Below, piece after piece: positions 1-12,526 of a stretch of 64,000 nucleotides of DNA. The notes under the pieces are model-generated. The model worked only from the letters and a program-made list of their open reading frames with translations, was not told the DNA's origin and did no database searches. Numbering within the stretch: position 1 is the first letter of the stretch; each line of letters begins with the position of its first letter. Where the stretch lies: assembly GCA_964016885.1 (NCBI GenBank), contig OZ024743.1, forward strand, positions 347,572,001 through 347,636,000. Reading direction: 5' to 3'. The stretch comes from Eledone cirrhosa (lineage: Eukaryota). Made by a program: the position numbers and the translations under genes.

Positions 1-1419
1 AGAGAGAGTGAGAGAGAGAGAGAGAGAGAGATAGTTGGTGGTGTTGTTGTATATATATGTGAGTGTGTGTATATATATATATATATGTGTGTGTGTGTCT
101 ATGACCAGTGTATATAGCTCACAGACACCCACACACACATATACACACACACATACATATATATGTATACACACACACATTAATATATATACATACACAC
201 GTATATGTCTCGGCCTTCCAGTTTCATTTCGCATTATATACATGTCTGTGTTTATTTTAATTATTTAAAAATTATTTTTAAGTGAACATGATTTTCAAAA
301 TATATTTTGAAGTGAACGTTACCCAATGGGTCACGGGTGGTTTAGTAATAAAATCGTTAATTTATGTATAATAAATAATATAATATATACTATATATCAT
401 TAAATATTATACATTTTTTAATTTTACTATATTTATATATAATGTGTCTTGATATTTAATATACTATTTTATGCCCCAGCGCCCCTGGACCTTATCAGAG
501 CCCCCCCCCCCCCCCGAGGAGATGGTAGCGCCCTCTCTGAGAAACTCTGCTCTGTATAAACGGCCTAGTGACATGGCATTTTTTTTAATGTTCAATTCTA
601 ACATTTATATGTACGCTATCAAAATGTAGACGGAAAAATACATGTTTTGTTTTAGAGAAATAGTGTGGAGCATGCCAGAGAGAGGGCGTGAGAAAGAGAG
701 ACATATTGAGTGAAACAGAGAGGTAGTGGTATATTGTGAGACGTCATGTATCTGTGGGAAAATGAAGATAGGTGGCCAACGCATAAGGCCAGTAAAATTA
801 GTGAAGTATCGTACAACGAGGTTACCTTGAATGATTTTCGTCAATTTTGATATTTGATGCCGCATAGCTAAATTTGTCGTTGCCGGATGTTGCTAACATA
901 GACATAATTCAAAGGAGCCCTATCGTATGCAACTTTTCTCAACAAATTGTAAAAATATCTTAATTCTTTACATAGTTATTGACCGTCATGTTTACTCTTA
1001 AACGTATACCCGCCTTGGGGCTACTTTGAATAATAAACATAACTGTACGTTACAGAGTAAAAGTATATACATAAAACATTTCATTGATGTTTTAATTCAA
1101 GTAAGTATAACTTTCCAGAAATCATGACAGAAAAAGAATATTTAATTATACATACGTCTAATGGAGTGATATATGTGATTACACTTCAAAACATTTTTCA
1201 TGAAGTATGAAATCTGAATCGAATATATTTATTTTATTCTTAAAAGGCACACAAATAGTAGTCTTGAAAGTGCAAGCCTCATGGCACCAGATTCTACATT
1301 AATAGTCACTACCCCCTTGTGTCCCAACAAATAGATTAACTTTTTGGTTGTAAATATCAGACAAATTCAGAGTAAAGTGTTAGAAGTGGCCATCGAAATG
1401 GGACTCTACACGTGCTAGA

Positions 1420-4400
1420 AATCATCATCATCGTTTAACGTCCATATTCCACGCTTGCATGGGTTTGGACGGGAGTTTTCCCACTTGAGGCAAGAGTGGT
1501 TGTCTTGCTCGCATAGGACTGTCTGGCGGGTTTTCTACGGCTGGATGCCCTTCCTAACACCAACCACATTTACAGTGTGGGACTGGGAGGTTTTTACCAT
1601 GTTGCCTACACGGCCACATTACAGCGTGGACTGTGTGTTTTTTTGTCGTGACACCTACACGACCTCATTTGTTTCGGCCTGGATGTTGTGGCACCAACAT
1701 AACTTTACATTGAAAGGGGCGGTGTGGATGGGGTGGGGGTGGTGGGACGGGGGTGTATTTTGTTAGAGATGCCTACTGACTGTAGTAGGTTTTACTTTGT
1801 ATTCAGGTAAGGCGGGTCTTCTCTATTACTGAGTACCGCCAAAGATCTCGGTCCAGTGACATTGTCTTGGAGAGGTGTAAGTGTGTGAGGTCGGAATTTA
1901 TCAGGTCGTCCCAGGTTTTTCTGGGTCTGCCTACTCCGTGGCTACCGTCTATCTTTATTGCCATGCACTTTTTTATACAGCTGTCGTCTTTCATGCGCAT
2001 CACGTGACCATACCAACGTAGCCTTCTCTCGAGTAAACAAAATCTGATCCCTCTTATTTCTAATTTTTCCCTTAGTTCGTTTATGCTTTGCCGTTCGCGT
2101 ATATAACTATTACACATCCAGCGGAGCATGCAAGCTTCGTTCCTCTCCAGTCTGCGTATATCCTCTCCACACAATGCCCAGGTCTCACTGCCATGCAACA
2201 TTGCTGTTCGCATGCAGGCATCATACAGCCTGCCTTTCATTTTTAGGGAGAACCCTTTAGCGGCCATTAGTGGTACAAGCTCTCTGAACTTCTTCCATCC
2301 AGTTCTGACTCTAGCTACTGTACTTTCAGAGCACCCACCCGCTCCCCACACACTGCTGATTTTGTCACCCAGGTAACGGAAGCTGTCCACTATTTCTATA
2401 GAACCATCTGTGCAATGGAATGAGCTAGTATTCTGTGGGCACTTGCTGCTACTTATTGCACCAGAGCACCGGCCACATATAAAATCTATGTTCTTAGTTA
2501 GCTTACCTGTGACCCCACTACATCTTTTATGCACCCATACTTTGCATTTGGGACATAAAATGGAGATTCTACCTACTCCTTTCCTACACACTGACCATGG
2601 CCATTTCCCGGATGGGACCGGTGCCCTATTTTCCTTCCTACAAACTACAACTTTTGTCTTAGACAGGTTAATTTTAAGGCCTTTTGCTTCTAGGCCATGC
2701 TTCCATGTTTGGAATTTCTTCTCTAGTTCGGCCATTGATTCAGCTATGAGCGTTAGATCATCTGCGTATAGGAGTTCCCATGGGCACCCGGTCTTGAACT
2801 CCACTGTTATAGCCTGACGGGCAATAATAAATAGTAGGGGGCTAAGAACGGAGCCCTGATGAACACCAACTTTTACGCTAAACTCTTCACTATATTCGTT
2901 GTTAATTCTAACCTTTATGACTGTTTCTTTATACATGGCTTGTATAGCTCTCACAAGCCATTCATCAACACCTAGTTTTCTAAGAGCCCACCAGATAATG
3001 GAACGGGGGACTCTGTCGAAGGCTTTCTCCAAGTCGACAAAAGCTAAGTAGAGGGGTTTACTTTTAGGTATGTACTTCTCCTGTAGTTGTCGTTAAATGA
3101 AAAGAGCTTCTGTGGTACTTTTACCTGACACAAACCCGAACTGCATTTCATCTAGATCAATTCTCTCTCTGATTAGTTGCGCTATCACTTTTTCTGTGAC
3201 CTTCATGACCTGGTCGATTAATTTAATGCCTCTATAGTTACTCCTATCTAGGGCATCTCCTTTACCCTTGTAGCAGTTAATGATGATGCTGCTACGCCAG
3301 TCCTTCGGAACAACCCCATTCTATATGACTTGGTTTACTATCCGGGTGACCATGGTGTGTCCCACCGTTCCAGAAGCTTTCAGCATTTCAGCAACTATTT
3401 CCGAAGGCCCAGCCGCCTAACCCGTCTTCATATCTTTGATTGCCTTACTCATTATACCACCTTCGACTAACACTGCTGGTCCCTCTATTGGGTCGATGTG
3501 TCTTTCTCCCATTTATTCTCCTCATTTAGTAGCCTTTCGTAGTGACACTTCCAAGCTACCTTCTTATCAGCGTCAGTGATGGCAAGTACACCATCAGCAT
3601 TAAGGACATATTTCTCCCCGACAATATCACGGTTTTCCTTGACACATTGCCTAGCAATCCTGAACACCTCACGTTTTTGGTCCCCGCGTTGTAGAACATG
3701 CTTGAACTTTCTTTCCTCTGCTTCCCTTCTTGCGAAGTACACTTGTCTCCTAGTTTCCCTCGTGGCCACTGATAGTCTTCTCTACTTCCCCCATCCCGCT
3801 ATACTTTCCAAGCCTGCTTTTTGGCCTTAATTGACTCCTCCACCTTACTGTTCCACCACCATGTTACTCTCCTCCTGCCTATAGGCCTGCTCCAGCCACA
3901 GACTTCGTCTGCCGCCATCAGCAGGTTTGCATTCAGGAATTCCCACTGTTCCTCTATATTGTACGACTCTAAATGCTCTTCCTTACTGTCGAAAGCATCA
4001 AGTAATATGCTTTTAAATTTATTTCTGGCTTTGGGGTCCTTTAGCTTCCATATTTTTCTCCTGAGGATAGTCTTTTTCTGCTTTCGAGTACGTCTCGTCC
4101 TGACTATGAGGTCGCTAATTATCAGTCTATGTTGGGAGGTGCATTCTTCATGGGGGAGGGATTTAGTGTTTACAACATACACTCTGTCACGTCTTCTGGT
4201 AAGGATATAATCTACCTGGCTGGTGTGTTCCCCCTGATCTGTAGGTGATCAAGTGATTGTCTCGTTTTTTGAAGTTAGTGTTACAGATAGTTAGGTTATT
4301 TGCGTCACAGAATTCCAGGATTCTGGAGCCTTCCTCATTTCTAGTACCAAACCCATAGCCTCCGTGGATTCCGTCATAACCGTCACAATGTTGTCCAACG

Positions 4401-5100
4401 TGACCATTTAGGTCGCCAGCAATAATTATATAGTCACTGTCGGTTATTTGGGAGGTAGTGAGCATCAGTGTCTCATAGAATCTGTCTTTTATAGCGGCAG
4501 GCTGTCCGGATTGGGACGCGTACGCAGATATTACTGTCACAGTAGTTTTATTTAGAACAATTCTTATTTTAATTATTCTGTCATTCACTCTATTTACGTC
4601 TATTATCTTATCCACCCATTTTTCTGCTAACATGATTCCTACCCCACCCAGCCCATTGTCATTTCCCACCCAGAACAGCTTATAGCATCGTTTTTTACCC
4701 ACAATGAATCTAGCAGACCCGCCCCTCCACCTGGTATCTTGGATACATCAAACATCAACCTCCTTACGTTCAAGCATTTCTACAACCTCGTTAGAGCGGC
4801 CTTGTTAGGTGCCTACATTCATGGTACCAACACTGAAGTTTTGGATTGCATTTGGTGGGTGTGGTGCAGGGAGGGGTGAGGGGATGGGGTTGGGGTTATG
4901 TTGGCCATCCGCGGCCGCAACAAAGAGGAGGGGGCCTTGCCCTTTCGTCCGGCAGCATGAGGTGAGTTTGTCGTTATCTTTGGCATTGTCTTCGAGTGTC
5001 CAGATTCTCAGGCTCTCCAGAAATTCCTTAGTCCATCCATCATATCGAAAAGCAACTAGAAGTGATAGCATAGGCCGTTGACTTGTGATTGGTCCAAATA
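1420..5100 (-). mobile_element. RTE-clade LINE, near full length, frameshifted (APE endonuclease + RT)
   Basis: APE motifs (VGTMNVGT, IIAGDLNGHVG, SQHRL) in ORFs between 3799 and 5071. RT motifs KAFDRVPR, VHQGSVLSPLLF, LLYADD and RLRWYGHVMRM in 1803-3032. 3' end reads ...GGACGTTAAACGATGATGATG on the minus strand. 5' boundary approximate. Confidence 0.95.
1803..3032 (-). pseudogene. C-terminal part of RTE ORF: RT with embedded PHD-like finger
   Basis: YADD at 2757-2768, then (W)SVC..ILCPKC..WVHKRC..FICGRC at 2466-2597, then FRYLG. Confidence 0.92.
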
Positions 5101-6394
5101 ATAAAGGTGGAGAGTGTTTGTATGGGGTAGTTAGCGAGGAGAAAATTATTTAAAACAAGCGTGGAGAAGATTATTTAGAACAGTCAGACAGAATTATAGA
5201 ATAGCAATTCTGAAGTAGGATTATATTCTGGGCGATTATACAGATATATGGATGAATGAACCGAAGTGTGGGGAGGCAAGGAGAAAATGGTATTTTTACA
5301 TTACATTTCGTAGAAGTTCGTATATATCAAAATTCAGGATGAAGGATAAACAAAAAACAACGAGACATAGAGCTGGTCTGTAAACGTGTGAGCAATAGCA
5401 GCTATATTGAGGGCGAAAGATCGGAAAGTGGACATCGAAGTCGATTTTACTCGTCCTAGAAATAGCAGCCAAATTCACTATGACAGGGATAGTGGATGTT
5501 CGGCCATATGTAACCCAGCAAAGACACACAAATTTTGCTATATATATCATAAATAATTATAATAATGATTTGTTATTATAATTATAATAATAAAAATAAT
5601 AGAGTGTCAACAAGAAAAAATACTAAAAACGCGGGGCATTTTTAAACACTCAAAGTTGGTGTGATTGACAAGTCTGAATTACAGGCATTTTCTAGTTAAA
5701 CCATACATCCGATTGAAATGTAATTTACAGAAACAATTAATAACATATTAAGAATATATTAAATGTAAAAACATATACACATTTATTCCATTTGATCAGA
5801 CTGAAAGTGGACAGAGTCAATATTTCAGCGTCTGTGCGTCACCTACATAATTTACATATTTTTACGGAGTTTAAAGTCATTTCAGAAATGCTTTAAAAGC
5901 AAGTTTAAATGAAAATAAAAGTTTCGATTTTTCGACACATTTTCTAAAATAATTATGTTTAAGAAACTATGATGCCACAAAGAGTTAGGTTCATGATTAA
6001 TATGTATATATGTGTGACTTGATGGAGCTATGGATATGAGTAATGGTTACATGTCTCCTCAGTTTCAATTCCCCAATTATCCATCTTGCCTAGAAACCTT
6101 TCGAGATCGATGTATTAAGTTCCAGCACAGTGATAATGCAGCATTCTCCATTTCCAGTTATCAGCTCCTATATGATCCAGGGTGGTGAGTTTGATGAGGT
6201 TATCTGTGTCTGCTCGTGAAAACATAGTACATCCTACCAAGTTATAATCGCATGTAAGTCACGACAGTAATGTATATTTGCCCGTGTGTGTATGTTTCAG
6301 CTTAAGTATGGATATGTGAGTGTGCGTGCTTATATGTGACCTGTGTTCTTATTTAGTTAGATATGTAAAGAAAAATAGATAGCTGCTCGATAGG

Positions 6395-6433
<39 letters not shown>

Positions 6434-6498
6434 TTATTTATTTATATATATGTAAATTAGTACAAGAATATATGTACTATATATATATATATATATAT

Positions 6499-6718
6499 TG
6501 GATCGATCGACTTTCGTCAAATCGGACCGAGGAAACAATATTTCCGCTAGTCTTTCCAGTCAGTTGCTAGTACTATCTATCGGTCGCAACTCCAGGTAGA
6601 AGTAACGTGAAATAAAATGTCTTGCTCAAGGACATAACGCATCACCCGGTCCAGGAATCGAACTAACAACCCCAAGATTGTGAATCTAATTCTCAGCCAC
6701 GCAGCCACACGCCTTCAC
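6499..6718 (-). mobile_element. tRNA-derived SINE, family B
   Basis: Reverse-complement homolog of 19884-20101, with box-B-like GTTCGATTCC. Confidence 0.8.
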
Positions 6719-6721
6719 TAC

Positions 6722-6866
6722 AATTATTTCAGTGTATTACTGGTACTTCATTTTATTGACCCCGTAAGGATGAAAGGCAAAATTAACCTCGGCGGGATTT
6801 GAACTCAGACCATAAAGGGCCATAACACTTTGCTGCAAAGTATGGCGTACAACCTTCTACCGATAC
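6722..6866 (-). mobile_element. tRNA-derived SINE, family A (partial)
   Basis: Carries the family core GCCTTTCATCCTTACGGGGTC..TAAAATGAAGTACCAG on the minus strand. Confidence 0.85.
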
Positions 6867-7004
6867 TGTGTGTGTGTATATATGTGTGTGTGTGTGAAAA
6901 CGTGCGTGTTTATGCTTATTTATATATTATAAATTATATGTATATATATAAAATGATGCCAGGTATTCTAAAAATAATTTTATAATTCCTTGAATACACT
7001 ATTC

Positions 7005-7035
<31 letters not shown>

Positions 7036-7360
7036 CTTCTTCTTCTTCTTCAACTTGGGAGGGTCGTGGGAGAAGAGTCCTTAAACACTCCTTGCAGCGG
7101 GTCCTGTCAGAAGCAACCGTCTCCAACCAAGCTTGTGAATATTATCCAGCCATCTTGCACGGTTGGTTTTGCCTGAAAAATCTGTCCAGGGATTCTTTTC
7201 TGAGACATTCTAACCACATGACCATAGTAACGGAGGTTTGATCTGTTAATTCGGAGAGGTACCTGGAGTGACTCTCTGATCTCCGAGCTACTTACTATAT
7301 CATGTAACGTTACTCCAAAAACCCTTAGGAGGAACCCCATTTCGGCCTCTTGTATTTGCA
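7005..7360 (-). mobile_element. 5'-truncated RTE LINE 3' end with (GAA)n tail
   Basis: EIRESL...LRYYGHVVRM...RIP in ORF 7107-7340, followed by (TTC)n at 7005-7050. Confidence 0.8.
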
Positions 7361-8277
7361 GTCAGAAAACATCTACAAAAATGTCAAATCGGTCTAGAGG
7401 AACCATGAACCATGAAGAATGTTGGCAATTTATGGGTCAAAGTGGACTGTCGGTTCGACAAATAAAAAGCTGTTATGTACAACTGATATGAATTAAAAGG
7501 ACGTGATTGACTGTAATGCGGTTCTATCTTCGAAATATGAAACCTAAGGTCAAAGCTGTTCTTTTATTTTATCCTCCTTGTAGTATATCCTAGATCCACC
7601 ATTATATATCCTATTCGGATAGTACTGCCTTTCCCAAAACAATCTTAATATGTATAGAATTTTTTTCTTACGTACTTTTTGAATCCTCATGATATCAATA
7701 TGTTTTTTATATCAGTATGTATCATAAGGAGATAGTTTGCACAATTTATTGTGTCAGGGGATTTCCATAATAATATGAACATTCATTCCGTCCTAACTTA
7801 ACAAACGTATATAAAAGTTAATTAAATTTTCGAAAAAGTACTCGTACATCACAATTAAACTATACACAAGTTCCTATTTAAATAAAATAATATATTAGAA
7901 GTAATATCACAAAATAAAGATTATATATTGAAGGATAAGGTTTCAGAATTTAATCAACGATCGAATACATTCAAAATCACTTCATATGACAAGTGACGCG
8001 TGACAAGTAGATTCAAATTCAATTTCTTTTGACAAGCTATACGGGGCAATTGGATCGTGTTTAGGATTTATATAACAGAGGTATTTACGCATGTATCCTA
8101 AACAAAGAGAATTGGACGTTTGGGGCACTGGTGTGCCATATTTTTATCAGACTTCATATGATGCCCGTTTGTTTTAATGTAAACACACATACACTACGCG
8201 CACATAAGCAAATCTATATAATTGCACACAGATAGATGCGCACACACTTTCTCTCTTTACCTGTTTCTTTCTCTATC

Positions 8278-8361
<84 letters not shown>

Positions 8362-8369
8362 ACTCTCTC

Positions 8370-8492
<123 letters not shown>

Positions 8493-8679
8493 GGTTTGAG
8501 GTTCACCACTGTATAGAGCTGGTCTATTCCATATGGTCAATCGTAATGCAATAATATAGAGAGTACTCAACGTGAAGCAGTTCAACCGTCATTGTTTTTG
8601 TAGTTGGTGGTGCTATTAAGGAGCTAAATATTATAATGAAATGACAAGAGGCTGGATTTGTGTAAATCCTTGAAAGGTT

Positions 8680-8741
8680 TATTATACTATGATCATTTCA
8701 ATGACCGGGTTCCGTATGGATCCGGTGATATCATCAGGTAT
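8680..8741 (-). ncRNA. Type I hammerhead ribozyme (left arm of palindrome)
   Basis: Exact reverse complement of 8948-9009. Confidence 0.8.
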
Positions 8742-8947
8742 TCGAAATATAATACGTGAATGTAATAGGTAAAATACATGGGGCTGAAAATCGAGACCCG
8801 AGGGCGACCGCTATTCTGTTCCTTCAACCTCAGCCGGTCGCTCCAGGGCGACCGGCTGAGGTTGAAGGAACAGAATAGCGGTCGCCCTCGGGTCTCGATT
8901 TTCAGCCCCATGTATTTTACCTATTACATTCACGTATTATATTTCGA

Positions 8948-9009
8948 ATACCTGATGATATCACCGGATCCATACGGAACCCGGTCATTGAAATGATCAT
9001 AGTATAATA
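8948..9009 (+). ncRNA. Type I hammerhead ribozyme (right arm of palindrome)
   Basis: ATAC-CTGATGA(8952-8958)-stem II ACCGG/CCGGT-GAAA(8990-8993)-palindrome TGATCA-T-A-GTAT. Stem I is ATAC/GTAT. Confidence 0.8.
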
Positions 9010-9054
9010 AACCTTTCAAGGATTTACACAAGTCCAGCCTCCTCTCATTTCATT

Positions 9055-9135
<81 letters not shown>

Positions 9136-9186
9136 TAGTTGACCCGTCCGGCTGGCGCCGGCTACGATTGGCGTGTTCTACGGCAT

Positions 9187-9225
<39 letters not shown>

Positions 9226-9228
<3 letters not shown>

Positions 9229-9690
9229 CTGACGTACCTAGCTTCGCTTGGATAAACAGACGATTAGCCGTTTGTGTAGTATAGTATTACTGGTGAAAAT
9301 ATATAATATAATATTACTGTTGAAAACATATAGTGTAGTATAGTATTATTGTTGAACATATATAATACAGTATTACTGTTAAAAACATATATAGTATTAC
9401 TGTTGAAAACATATGGTATACTATTATAGTTGAAAATATTTAATACAGTATTACTGTTGAAAATATATAGTACAGTATTACTGTTGAAAATATGTAGTAG
9501 AGTTTAGTATTACTGTTGAAAATATATAGTACAGCATTACTGTTGAAAATATATAGTATAGTATAGTATTACCGTTGAAAATATAAAGTATAGTATAGTA
9601 TTACTGTTGAACATATATAGTACAGTATTACTGTTGAAAATATATAGAATAGTATAGTATTACTGTTGAAAATCTGTACACGAATATATA
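9226..9690 (-). mobile_element. Probable non-autonomous Helitron-like fragment with internal ~27-32 bp minisatellite
   Basis: Left end TAGCTGACGTACCTAGCTTCGC resembles the Helitron-like 3' end at 45090. About 13 copies of AGTATTACTGTTGAAAA(T/C)ATAT at 9280-9672. Confidence 0.55.
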
Positions 9691-10045
9691 ATTATATATA
9701 TATATAATTAATTAAAAGTTGGTTAGAAGCGAAGTCAATGCAGACAGGCAGACATACAGACAGATATTGTAAGAGCGCGACGTTATAGATATATATCTAT
9801 CTAAAAAGACAGAGTAAGAAAGAGAGAGGAATGTAGTTTTATATATATTATATATAATAAAGTACCAGTAATGTACTGGGATATTTGCCGGAATTGTGGA
9901 ATTGTGCCAAAAATAGAAACAATTATTCTTCTTTTTATACAACTGTAAATAACATGTTTATGTATGTATATATACGTATATATACGTATAAAGTAATGGT
10001 GTAATAAAATGTACAAATTAAACTGTCTCTTATTTATGATACTAA

Positions 10046-10144
<99 letters not shown>

Positions 10145-10229
10145 AATAATGATGGCTGCTCGTTGCAAATGGTGGTGCATATGAAAAAGTAAGTCCTTGA
10201 TCAGTGACCCTCCAACCGTCCCAGGCATA

Positions 10230-10299
<70 letters not shown>

Positions 10300-10476
10300 T
10301 AGCGCAGTCAATGGTTTTCAAAATGCAGACAGCCGAAATACAGACACATATTATAAGGGCGCGACGTTATAGCACCAGTAGTTTTCACTTCAAAACTACG
10401 CACCAGTAGTTTTCACTTAAATTTATTATAAATTTCCGGTTGGTTGGTACTATCACCGGATGGTTGTTCATATATT

Positions 10477-10519
10477 GTCAAAGTTCTTTCGTTACACATT
10501 ACGTGACCTCTTCGGTGAC
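10477..10519 (-). ncRNA. Hammerhead ribozyme, variant core (U4C)
   Basis: GTCA-CCGAAGA-G-GTCAC..GTAAC-GAAA-GAAC-T-T-TGAC. Stem I is GTCA/TGAC. Confidence 0.6.
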
Positions 10520-10821
10520 TGGGGATTATTTTCTTTATTTTGTGCCTCTCCTTTGTTCTGTCCTACGCCATCTTGTTTTTGTGTGCGTTGTGTGCTTAGT
10601 TTGCGCATGTGTTACATCCGAATGTCTGTGTGTGTTTTTATTTGTTTATTTATTTGTTTATTTAAATGTGTTTATGTAAGTAAACAAATAAATAAACAAA
10701 TAAAAACACACACAGACACCAGGATGTAACACATGCGCAAACTAAGCACACATCACACACAGAAACAAGATGGCGTAGGACAGAACAAAGGAGAGGCACA
10801 AAATAAAGAAAATAATCCCCA

Positions 10822-10864
10822 GTCAAGGAAGAGGTCACAGAATGTGTGACGAAAGAACTTTGAC
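10822..10864 (+). ncRNA. Degenerate hammerhead (mirror copy, core mutated to AGGAAGA)
   Basis: GTCA-AGGAAGA-G-GTCAC..GTGAC-GAAA-GAAC-TT-TGAC. Confidence 0.5.
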
Positions 10865-11057
10865 AATATATGAACAACCATCTGGTTATAGAACCAACCA
10901 ACCAACCGGAAATTGATGATAAATTGAAGTGTGTTTGTTATTGGCAACATGACGCTCCCAAAGTATAACAGTATCGGTGTCAGCACACGTATTCAGATAA
11001 GGAATGTTGCTAAACAAATTCAGAAAGGATATATATATACATATATATATATATATA

Positions 11058-11139
<82 letters not shown>

Positions 11140-11142
<3 letters not shown>

Positions 11143-11315
11143 CGAAGGAGTTATGGTAAGGAACCAGATGGACCATAACGCACCAGAGTACTCAATACTT
11201 AGGGTAGTAAAGTGGGTAATAGGAAAATGTATAACACCGATGGCAGAGCTCACTCAAGCTGGAGTCCAGAAATAGCTGTCGAAACGGCTTGAGCTCTGCC
11301 GTCGGGGTCATGCAT

Positions 11316-11364
<49 letters not shown>

Positions 11365-11436
11365 TTTTCATATATATATATATATATATATGAAAATGTA
11401 TGACCCAGACGGCAGAGCTCAAGCCGTTTCGACAGA
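11140..11436. mobile_element. Inverted fragments of the Naiad-like terminal repeat interleaved with (TA)n
   Basis: Homologous to 18980-19170 and 37840-38156. Local fold-backs at 11223-11320 and at 11276-11320 vs 11391-11436. Confidence 0.8.
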
Positions 11437-11460
11437 TATTATGTCGGTCTCTTCACGGGA

Positions 11461-11633
11461 TGATGTGAGGATGACTATATCATCTATGTATCGGATGTAG
11501 AAAACACAGGAGCGGCAGGGGTTGAGCGCTAGAACTTCCTGTTGTTCATATATGTGATGGCTAGAAGGCCTCAAAACTGGAACCCATGGGTAGGCCTGTT
11601 GTTTGTATGTATGTGAGGTGGTAGAAAGAGAAA
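11461..11633 (-). pseudogene. Penelope-like RT core fragment
   Basis: Manual translation with frameshifts: FSFYHLTYIQTTGLPMGS...LLAITYM...FYIRYIDDIVIL. Confidence 0.8.
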
Positions 11634-12273
11634 TATGAATTTAGAATAACCTAATGATTTCCAGATCAGTGAGAATCGACCTTATATTCAATTATATACA
11701 CATGTTATGTAGAATGATATAATGGCACACATTCTTCGGCTTTTGAGCTGAATATGAATAGTTGCGACTCTCAATAGTGATACTGATACACATAGAAACT
11801 TATACATTTCCCTATCTTTCCACTGATTCAGTTGTTCTCTTTGCAAGACGGAAGTCAGAATATATAATAATGTAACAAAAAAAAATTTGACTGTTAATGC
11901 CAGTGAAAGTTAGGATATCAATAGTTATTAGAGGAAATGCCAAAATCTTTGACTCAAGAATCATGTTGCAACTGAACTGGAATTATGTTGTCAGAAGAGA
12001 AGCAATAATTTTGGCTAAATTCCGCACACGCCCAACACCACGAAAACTGCCGGTAAAATCACAATCCAGTTACATTTATTCAAATATTTTCAGTTGATTT
12101 TGTTGGTGCTTCATTTTTTAATATTAATATTATTGTTCTTCTTCTTATTATTGTTATTAACATTTTTGTTACTGCTGTTGGTATATTATTTGTTCTTCAA
12201 GTGCATCTTATTTCAATTTACACTTTTTGTTTTTGATTGTGCTCACACACAAGTATATACATATTCGTATATA

Positions 12274-12378
<105 letters not shown>

Positions 12379-12451
12379 TTGAGAGAGAGAGGGGAGAAAT
12401 AAAAATGCGAAGTTTGGTGAAGTTGTTAAAGAGTCCTTTATTAACAAACCT

Positions 12452-12526
12452 GTGATACATATTTCAGAGATAATCGTGGCTACATGATTGTTCAATCAGC
12501 TAACCATGCAGGCGATATCATCAGAC
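12452..12526 (-). ncRNA. Putative type I hammerhead ribozyme
   Basis: GT-CTGATGA-stem II (ATCG/CGAT, TGCATGGTT/AATCATGTA)-GAAA-TATGTA-T-C-AC, followed by AATAAA. Stem I is short. Confidence 0.55.

Larger units (their letters stand above)
10414..10931. repeat. ~520 bp imperfect palindrome (inverted pLTR) with a degenerate hammerhead in each arm
   Basis: Arms mirror around ~10670. Mirrored ORFs 10440+ and 10901- show the symmetry. Confidence 0.9.

Noticed and set aside
8693-8996. Twin 72-aa ORFs on opposite strands
   Set aside because: By-product of the palindrome, with no recognisable domain
9280-9672. Resemblance to a CRISPR array
   Set aside because: No unique spacers, eukaryotic context and no cas genes
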